The notes under the pieces are model-generated. The model was not told the origin of the DNA. It saw only the letters and a program-made list of their open reading frames with translations, and searched no databases. The position numbers and the translations under genes were made by a program. Shown here one piece after another: positions 53,601-64,000 of a stretch of 64,000 bases of DNA (position 1 is its first letter; each line of letters opens with the position of its first letter). This stretch comes from the human T2T-CHM13v2.0 reference genome, Homo sapiens, in assembly GCF_009914755.1 (NCBI RefSeq), contig NC_060925.1, one strand, 5' to 3'.

Positions 53601-56600
53601 CCATTCAATGAAGATTCCATACGAGTCCATTCGATGTTTCCATTTGATTCCATTTGATGATGATGCCATTCGAGTCCATTCAATGATTCAATTCGATTCC
53701 ATTCGATGTTTATTCCATTCGAGTATATTGATTATTCCATTCCATTCCATTCGATGATTCCATTCGAGTACATTGATTATTCCATTCCATTCCATTCGAT
53801 GATTCCATTCGAGTCCACTCGATTACTCTATTCCATTCCATTCGATGATGATTCCATTCGTGTCCATTCGATGATTCTGTTTGATAAAATTGGATGATGA
53901 TTCCATTTGATTGCATTCGATAATTCCATTCTATTCCATTCAATGATGATTGCATTTGAGTCCATTCGATTATTCCATTTGAGTCCACTTGATTATTCCA
54001 TTGAGTTTAATTTGATGATGATTACATTGGATTCCATTCTATGATTCCATTCAATTCCATTCGTTCATGATTCCATTCGACTCCACTCGACGATGATTCC
54101 ATGCGATTTCATTCAATGATTCTATTCAATTCCTTTCGATGATGAATCAATTCTATTCCATTGGATGACTCTATTCGATTCCATTCGTTGATGATTCCAT
54201 TCGAATGCGTTTGATGATGATTCCATTCGTTTCCATTCGAAGTTTCCATTCGATTACATTGCATGATGATTCCGTTCCAGTCCATTCGATGATTCCATTT
54301 GACTGCATTCGACGATGATTCCATTCGATGCTATTCGAGTATTCCATTCGATTCCGTTCGATGATGATTACATTCGACTCCATTTGACGATTCCATTCGA
54401 GTCCATTCAATGATTATTGCATTCGTGTCCATTCGATGATTCCATTCGATTCCATTCAATGATGATTCCATTTGAATCCATTCGATGATTTCACTCGATT
54501 CCAATTGATGACTCTGTTCAATCCCATTGGATGATTCCCTTCGAATCCATTTCGTGATCCTTCCATTTGATTCAATTTAGTGATTCCATTCGATTCTATT
54601 CAATGATTGCTCCAATCGAATCCTATAGATGATGATTCCATACGATTCCATTTGATTATGATTATATTTGATTCCATTTGAAGATGATTCCATTCGAGTC
54701 CAATCGATGATTCCATTCTATTCCATTTGATGATGATTCCACTCAATCCATTCGATGATTCCATTCGAGTGCTTTCGATGATTTCATTAGATTCCATTCG
54801 AAGATGATTCCATTCGATGTCATTCGATGATTTCATTTGAATCCATTCAACGATGATGCCATTCGTGTACATTCGATGATTCCATTCAATTCCATGTGAT
54901 TGTCATTCCATTCGAGTCCATTCGATGATTCCATTCAATTCCATTCGATGATGATTCCATTGTAACCCATTTGATGATTCCATTATAACCCATTTGATGA
55001 TTCCATTCGATTCCATTCGATGATGACAGCATTTGGTTCCATTTGATGATGATTCCAACGGATTCCATTCTATTTCTTCCTTTGATTCCATTCGTTGATG
55101 ATTCCATTCGTTTCCATTAGGTGATGATTCCATTAAATTCTATTCGATGATGATTCCATTTGATTCCATTCAATGACGATTCCATTTAATTCCATTCAAT
55201 TGTCATTCCACTCGATTCCATTCATTGATTCCATTTGATTCCATTCGTTGGTGATTCCATTCAAGTGCATTCAATGATTCCATTTGATTCCACTCGATGA
55301 TACTTCAATTCAAGTCCATTCGATGATTCCTTTTGATTCCATTTAATGATGATTCCATTCGAGTCCATTGGATGATTGTATTCCAGTCCATTCGATGATT
55401 CCATTCCATTCCATGCGATGATGATTCCATCGAGTCCATTCGATGATTCCATTTGATTTCATTCGATGATGACTGCATTCGGTTCCATTCGATGATGAAC
55501 CCAACGGACTCCATTCGATGACCCCATTAGGTTCCATTCATTGATGATTCCATTCGATTCCATTCGATGATGTTTCCATTCGATTCCATTCATTGATGAT
55601 TCCATTCGATCCCATTCGATGATGTTTCCATTTGATTCCATTCTATGATGATTCCATTCGACTCCATTCCAGGATTACTCCATTCGATTCAATTCGATGA
55701 TGATTCCATTTGGCTCCATTCGATGATTCCTTTTGATTCCATTCGATGATTATTCCATTCGGCTCCATTCAATGATTCCATTCGATTCCATTCCATTATG
55801 ATTCCATTCGATGATGATTCCATTAGACTCCATTCCATGATTACTCCATTCGATTCCATTCAATGATGATTCCATTCAATTCCATTCGTTGACTCCTTTT
55901 GATTCCATCCGATGATGATTCCATTTGGCACCATTCGATGATTCCTTTCGATTCCATTCAATTATGATTCCATTCGATGATTCCATTCAATTCCATTCGA
56001 TGTTTCCTTTCAATTCCACTCGATGTTGATTTCATTGTAGTCCATTCGATGATTCCATTCAAGTGCATTCCATGATTTTATTTGATTCCACTCGATGATG
56101 ATTCCATTCGAGTCCATTCAGTGATTCCATTGTATTTCATTCCATGATAATTCCGTTCAATTACATTCGATGATTCCATTCGATTCCTTTCAACAATGAT
56201 TCTGTTCTTGTCCATTTGATGATTCCATTCGATTCCATTTGATGATGATTCCATTCGAGCCCATTCAGTGATTCCATTTGATTTTATTCAATGATGATTC
56301 CATTCGAGTCCATTTGATGATTCCATTGGACTCCATTTGATGATGATTCCATTCAATGATTCCATTCGATTCTATTCGATGATGATTCCATTCAATTTCG
56401 TTTGATGCTGATTCTATTCAATTCCATTCGATCATTCAATTTGACTCCATTCAATGATTCCATTCGATTCCATTTGATGATTCCGTTTGATTCTATTCAA
56501 TGATGATTCCATTCGATTCCATTCAATAATGACTGCATTGTATGCCACTTGATGATTCCTTTCGATTGTATTCGGTGATGATTCCATTCGTGTCCATTCG

Positions 56601-59600
56601 TTGATTCCATTCGATTTCATTCGATGATGATTCCTTTTGCGTGCGTTAGATTATTCCATTCTATTCTATTTGATGATGATTCCATTCGAGTCCATTCAGT
56701 GATTCCATTTGATTCCATTCCATGATGATTCCATTCGATTCCATTCGATGATTCCATTTGATTCCATTCGATGATGATTTCATTCGAGTTCATTAGATGA
56801 TTCCATTTGATTCCATTCAATGATGAATTTATTCCAGTCCATTCAATGATTCCATTTGATTCCATTTGATGATTATTCCATTCGAATCCATTTGATGATT
56901 CTATTCAAATCCATTTAATGATTGCTTTTGATATTTGATGATTATTCCATTCGAGTAGATTCGAAGATTCCATTTGATTCCATTCGATAATGATTCCATT
57001 CGAGTCCATTTGATGATTCCGATTGCTTCCATTCTCCGATGATTACATTGGAGTCCATTCGATGATTCCACTCGATTCAATACGATGTAGATTCCTTTCG
57101 ATTCCATTTGATGATTCCATTCTATTCCATTCAATGACGATTCCATTCGAGTACATTAGATGATTTCATTCAATTCCATTCGACGATGATTCAATTCGTG
57201 CCCATTAGATGATTTCACACGATTCCCTTCGATAATGATCCCATTCGATTGCATTCGTTCATTCCATTTGATTCCATTCAATGATGATTCCATTTCATTC
57301 AATTCATTGGTGATTCCATTCAATTCCATTCATTGATTCCATTCTATGCCATTTGACAAAGATTCCGTTCGATTCCATTTGATTATTCCACTCGATTCCA
57401 CTTGACAATGATTGCCTTAGATTCCATTCGATGATTCACTTTGATTCCATTCAATGATGATTGCCTTCGATTCCATTTGATGATTCCATTTGATTCCATT
57501 CAATGATGATTCTGTTCGATTCCATTTGATGATTCCATTTGATTACATTCGAGGATTCCATTCGTTACCATTCGATGATCATTCCATTCGATTCCATTCA
57601 ATGATTTCATTCGATTCCAATCGATGATGATTCAATTCAAGGCCATTCAATGATTCAATTTGATTCCGTTCGATGATGCTTCCATGCGACGCCATTAGAA
57701 GTTTCCATTCAATTCCATTCGATGATGATTCCATTCGAGTCCATTTGATGATTCTATGCAATTCCACTCGATGATAATTCCATTCGATTCAACTCAATGA
57801 TTCCTTTCGATTCCATTCGATGATGATTCCGTTTGAGTCCATTCGATGATTGAATTCAAGTCCATTCGATGATTCCATTTGATTCCATGAAATCATGATT
57901 CCAATGAGTCCATTCAATGATTGCATTTGATTCCATTCGATGATGACTGCATTCGGTTCCATTCGATGACGATTCCAAGGGACGCCATTCGATGACTCCA
58001 TTCGATTCCATTCATTGATGATTTCGTTCGTTTCCATTCAATGATTATTCCATTCAATGCCATTCGATGATTCTACTTGATTCCATTTGATGGTGATTCC
58101 ATTCGTGTCCATTCGATGATTCCATTCGATTCCGTTCAATGATTCCATTCAATTCCATTCGATGTTTCCTTTCAATTCCACTCGAAGTTGATTCCATTTG
58201 AGTCCATTCAATGACTAAATTTGAGTGCATTCCATGATTTCATTCGACTCCATTCGATGATGATGCCATTCGAGTCCATTCAATGATTCCATTTCATTTC
58301 ATTTGATGATAATTAAATTCGATTTCATTCAATGATTCCATTCCAGGCTATTCGATGATTCCATTCGAGTCCATTAAACGATTCCATTCGTTTCCATTCG
58401 ATGATGATTCCATTCGAGTCCATTCAATGATATTCCATTCGGTTCCATTCGATAATTCCTTTGTTTTCCATTCATTGTTTTACTTCGATTTTTTTGATGG
58501 TGATTCCATTCGATTCCATTCGATGGTTCCTTTGTACTCCATTCTTTGTTTTACTTCGATTCTTTTGATGATGATTCCATTCGATTTCATTCGATGATCC
58601 CAATCATTTCTCTTCGATGATGATTCCACTCAATTACATTTGAAGAAAATTCCATTCGATTCCATTGGAAGATGTTTCCATTGGATTATATTCAGTGCCG
58701 ATTCTATTCGGATCCATTTGATGATGATTCCTTTCGATTTCGCTCGATGAGTCCATTCGATTCCATTCGATGATGATTCCATTAGAGACCGTTAGATGAT
58801 TCCATTCAATTCCATTCAATGATGACTCCATTCGAGTACATTAAATGATTCCATTCGATTCCTTTCGATGATGAGTCCATTCGAGTCCATTCAATGATGA
58901 TTCCATTCGATTCCATTAGATTATTCCTTTGTATTCCGTTCTTCATTTTACTTCGATTGTTTTTGATGGTGATTCCATTCGATTCCATTCGATGATTCCT
59001 TTGTATTCCATTCTTTGTTTTACTTCGATTCTTTTGTTGATGATTCCATTCGATTTCATTTGATGATCCCATTTGATTCTATTCAATGATGATTCCATTC
59101 AATTCTATTTGAAACCGATTCTATTCGGTTCCATTCGATGATGATTCCATTCGATTTCACTTGATGATTCCTTCGATTCCATTCGATGATGATTCCATTC
59201 GAGACCATTCGATGATTCCATTCAACTCCATTCGATGATGACTCCATTTGATGCTATTCGATGATTCCATTCGATTTCATTTGATGATTCCATTCAACTC
59301 CATTTGATGTTTCCATTTGAGTTCCTTCGATTATTCCACTCGATTTTATTCGATAATGATTCATTTTGATACCATTCAATGATTCCATTCGATTCCATTT
59401 GATCATGATGCCATTCGAGTGCATTTGATGATGACTGCATTCAATTCCATTTGATGATTCCATCTGTTTCCATTCAATGAAGATTCCGATCAATTCCATT
59501 CAATGATTCCTTTTGATTCCATTCTATGATTCCATTTAATTCCATTCGATAATGATTCCATTTGGGTCAATTCGATGATTCCATTTGAGCCCATTCCATA

Positions 59601-62600
59601 ATTCCATTTGAGTCCAATCCTTGATTCCATTCCAGTCCATTCGATCATTCCATTTGAGTCCATTCAATGATGATTCCATTCGAGTCCATTCAGTGATTCC
59701 ACTCGAGTCCATTCAATAATTCCTTTTCAGTCCATTTGATGATGGCTTTTGGTTCCATTCCATGATATTCCATTTGAGTCCATTCAATCATTCCATCGAT
59801 TTAATGATGATTCCATTCGTTTCGATTCGGTGATTCCATTCGATTTCATTCGATGATGATTCCTTTCAATGATTCCATTGGAGTGCATTCGATGATCCCA
59901 TTCGAGTCCATTTGATAATTCCATTTGAATCCATTCGATGATTGCTTTCAATTCCATTCGACGATGATTCCATTAGAGTCAATTTGATGATTCCATTCAA
60001 TTCCATTCGATGATGATTCCATTCGTGTCCATTCAGTGATTCCAATCAATTTCATTCGATGTTGATTCCTTTTGAGTCCTTTTGATCACTCCATTCGAGT
60101 CCATTCGATGACTCTATTTGATTCCATTCGATGATGATCCCATTCGAGTCCATTCGATGATTGCATTCAAGTTCATTCAATGATTCCATATGATTCCATT
60201 CAACAATGATTCCATTCGTGTCCATTTGATGATTCCATTCATTTCCATTAGATGGTGATTCCATTCGAGTCCATTCGATCACTCCACTTGATTCCACTTG
60301 ATGACTATTCCATTCGAATCCATTCGATGATTCCATTTGATTCCATTCGATGATACCATTCGAGTACATTCGATGATTCCACCCAATTGCATTTCATGAT
60401 TATTCCATTGGAGTCCACTTAGTGAATCCTTAATGTTCCACTCGAAGATTATTCCATTGTGTTCCATTCAATGACACCATTCGATTCCATTCGTTGATGA
60501 TTCCATTCGAGTGCATTAGATGATATCATTCGATTCCATTTGATGATGATTCCTTTTGATTCCATTGGATGATTCTATTCTATTCCATTCAGTGATGATT
60601 CCATTCGAGTCAATTTGATGATTCCATTGGACTCCATTTAATGATGATTCCATTCAATGATTCCATTCGATTCCATTCGATGATGATTCCATTGGATTCC
60701 ATTAGATGATTCCATTCAATTCCATTCGATGATGATTCCATTCGATTCCATTTGATGAGTCCATTCTATTCTATTCGATGATGATTCAATTCGATACCTT
60801 TCGATGATGATTGCATTCGATTCCATTCGATGATTTTATTTGATTCCATTCGATGATGATTCCGATCAATTCCATTCGATGATTCCATTCGATTCCATTC
60901 GATAATGATTACATTCGGGTCCATTTGATGATTCCATTTGAGCCCATTCGATATTTCCATTTGAGTCCTATCAATGATTCCATTCATTTCCATTCAAGGA
61001 TTCCTTTAGAGTCCATTCGATCATTCTGTTAGAGTCCGTTCGATGATGATTCCGTTGGAGAGCATTCGATGATTCCATTCGAGTCCATTTGATAATTCCA
61101 TTTGAATCCATTTGATGATTGCTTTCAATTCCATTCAACGATGATTCCATTCGAGTCAATTCGATGATTCCATTCCATTCCATTCGATGATGATTGCATT
61201 CAATTCCATTCGATGATTTTATTTGATTCCATTTGATGATGATTTCGATCAATTCCATTTGATGATTCCATTCGATTCCATTTGATAATGATTACATTCG
61301 AGTACATTCGATGATTCAATTTGAGCCCATTCGATAATTCCATTTGAGTCCTATCAATGATTCCATTCATTTCCATTCAATGATTCCATTAGATTCCTTT
61401 CGATCATTCCATTAGAGTCCGTTCGATGATGATTCCATTTGAGTGTATTGGATAATTCCATTCGAGTCCATTTCATAATTCCATTTGAATCCATTCGATG
61501 ATTGCTTTCAATTCCTTTTGACGATGATTCCATTCGAATCAATTCGATGATTCCATTCGATTCTATTCGATGATGGTTTCATTCATGTCCATTCAGGGAT
61601 TCCCATCAATTTCATTCGATGATGATTCCTTTTGAATCCATTCGATGATTCCATTCAATTGCATTTGATGTTGATTCCATTCGGGTTCATTTACGGATTC
61701 CCTTTGATTCCATTCGATGATGATTCCATTCGAGACTTTTCAGTGATTCCATTTGTTTACATTCGATGATGATTCCATTCGAGTCCATTCGATGATTCCA
61801 TTCGATTCCATTCGATGATGATTCCATTTGAGTCCATTAGATGATTCCATTCGATGATAATTCCATTCAAGCCATTCGATGATTCTATTCGAATCCATTT
61901 GATGATCGCTTTCGATTATATTCGATTATGATTCCATTCAATTCCATTCAATGATTCCATTCGATTCCATTCGATGATGATTCCATTCGATTCCATTCGA
62001 CAATGATTCCGTTAGAGCCCATTCCATGATTCCATTCAATTCCATTCGCTGATGATTGCATTCAAGTCTATTCGATGATTCCATTCGATTCAATTCGATG
62101 ATGATTCCATTTGGCGTCATTCAATGATTCCATTCGTTTTCATTCGATGATGATTCCATTTGATTCCATTAGATGATTCCACTTGATTCCATTCGATCAT
62201 GATCCCATTCGAGTCCATTCAATGATTCCTTTCGATTCCATTCGATGATGATTCCCTTTGGGGCCATTCGAAGATTCCATTCAATTCTATTTGATGATTC
62301 CATTCGAGTACATTCGATTATTTCATTTGAGTCCATTCGAGGACGATTGCTTTTGATTCCATTCCATGATTATTCCATTCGAGTCCTTTCGATGATTCTA
62401 CTTGATTCCATACTATGATGATTCCGTTTGATTCCATTCGATGATTCCATTCTATTCCATACAATGATGATTCCATTCGAGTACATTAGATGATTCCATT
62501 CGATTCCATTTGATGATGATTCTATTCGTGCCCATTAGATTATTCCACAGGATTCCATTCGATGATGATTCTGTTCGAGTCCATTTGAAGATTCCATTTG

Positions 62601-64000
62601 ATTCCATTCGATGATGATTCCATTCGATTCCATTCATTGGTGATTCCATTCGATTCCACTCATTGGTGATTCCATTCAATTCAATTCACTGATTCCATTC
62701 GATTTCATTCGACAATGATTCCATTCGATTCCATTCTAAGATTCCACTCGATTCCACTTGGTGATGATTCCCTTTGATTCCATTGATGATTCCACTTGAT
62801 TCCATTAGATGAAGATTGCCTTCGATTCCATTCGATGATTCCATTCAATTCCATTTCTTGATGATACCGTTCGATTCCATTTGAATATTCCATTTGATTC
62901 TATTCGAGGATTCCATACGATTCCATCTTATTATGATTCTATTCGAGTCCATTCGATGATTTCGTTTGAGTCCATTCAATGATTCCATTCGATTCCATTT
63001 GATGATTCCATTCACGTTCATTTGATCATTATAGTCGAGTATATTCAGTGATTCCACTGGATTTCTTTCGATGATGATCACATTTGATTCCATTCAATGA
63101 TGATTCCAGTCGAGTCCATTCGATGATTCCATTCAATTACCATTGAGGATTCTGTTCGATCCCATTCTATGATTCCCTTCGATTCCATTCGATGATCATT
63201 CCTTTCAATTTAATTCAGTGATTCCACTGGATTCCTTTCGATGTTGATTCCATTAGATTCAATTCGAAGATGATTCCATTCGATTCCATTCGATTATGAT
63301 TCCATTCGATTCACTTCGATGATGACTCCATTCAGTTCTATTTCATGATGATTCTATTTGGTTTCATTTGATGATGATTCCATTAGATTCCATTTGATGA
63401 TTCCATTCGATTACATTTGTTGATGGTTCCATTCGATTCCATTCGATGAGGATTCCATTGGATTCCATTCAATGATGATTGCATTCTATTTCATTCAATA
63501 ATGATTCTATTTGATTCCATTAGATGATGATTCCATTTGATTCCATTCGATGATGATTCCATTCGAGTGCATTCGATGGTTCCATTCCATTCCATTCGAT
63601 GATAATTCCATTCGACTCCATTTGATGGTTCCGTTCAGTTCCATTCGTTGATAATTCCATTCGTGTCCATTCAATGATTCCATTCGATTCCATTTGATGA
63701 TGATTGCTTTCGAATCCATTCGATGATAGCATTCGATTCCATTCGATTATTCCATTCAATTCCATTGTAAGTTGATTCAATTCTAGTCCATTTGATAATT
63801 CCATTCGATTCCATTCTCCGATGATTCCTCTTGAGTTCATTCAATGATTCCATTCAATTCCAGTCGATGATGGTTCCATTCGATTCCATTCCCTGATGAT
63901 TGCTTTCGATTCCATTCGATGATCCCCTTCGATTCCATTCAAAGTTGATTCCATTCGAGTCCATTCGATTATTCCTTTCAATTCCATTCTCCGATGATTT
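50644..64000 (-). repeat. More diverged HSat2 domain (HSat2B-like) with ~6-kb periodic traces
   Basis: The 1.8-kb unit markers (EcoRI motif, TCCGTTTGATTCCGTTTG) disappear. New markers appear (CAATTCACTG, TTCCAACGGA, TTTTACTTCGATT, GAGTGCATTCCATG), and there are many TTGA/TCAA in place of TCGA. The subfamily label is inference. Confidence 0.8.
60805..61570 (-). repeat. 383-bp tandem duplication in distal HSat2
   Basis: GAGTCCTATCAATGATTCCATTCATTTCC at 60963 and 61346. GATTTTATTTG, CGATCAATTCC, GAGCCCATTCG and ATTGCTTTCAATTCC recur at about the same offset. Confidence 0.88.

Noticed and set aside
52140-53830. 166-bp doublet (52225/52391) and 45-bp triplet (53721/53766/53811)
   Set aside because: Real but routine local duplications in diverged HSat2.
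22582-63853. Minus-strand MESSSNGIEWNH ORFs
   Set aside because: These are translations of HSat2 monomers. Stops and frameshifts are scattered freely between paralogous units, so there is no sign of coding constraint.
1-64000. Alu/L1/LTR or other unique insertions
   Set aside because: No stretch departs from satellite vocabulary for more than a few tens of bases, and there are no poly(A) tails or target-site duplications.
1-64000. Assignment to a specific chromosome or species
   Set aside because: HSat2/HSat3 adjacency occurs on several human chromosomes and in apes, so it cannot be decided without alignment.

Overview
The whole 64 kb is pericentromeric classical satellite DNA of human or great-ape type, built on the (GGAAT/ATTCC)n pentamer. 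I can support no gene, RNA gene, transposon or CRISPR array, and every listed ORF is a by-product of translating the pentamer. Three domains are visible. (1) 1-22920 is diverged HSat3-like (GGAAT/GGAGT)n with the G-rich strand on +. It contains an odd ~1.15-kb palindromic, CpG-bearing minisatellite island (1251-2400) in which every third or fourth pentamer is inverted in place. (2) 22921-~50643 follows an abrupt strand switch. It is HSat2 (CATTCGATTC/GATGAT) with an EcoRI-marked unit averaging ~1.8 kb whose length steps by a ~468-bp module, and it includes a near-exact 1825-bp-offset duplication that is cut by the junction. (3) ~50644-64000 is more diverged HSat2 with traces of ~6.0-6.1 kb and ~12 kb periodicity. 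All offsets were read by eye from marker motifs, not computed by alignment. Subfamily names and chromosome assignment are from memory and unverified. I see no protein-based system; the candidates for novelty are structural, namely the palindromic island, the junction and the modular unit architecture.
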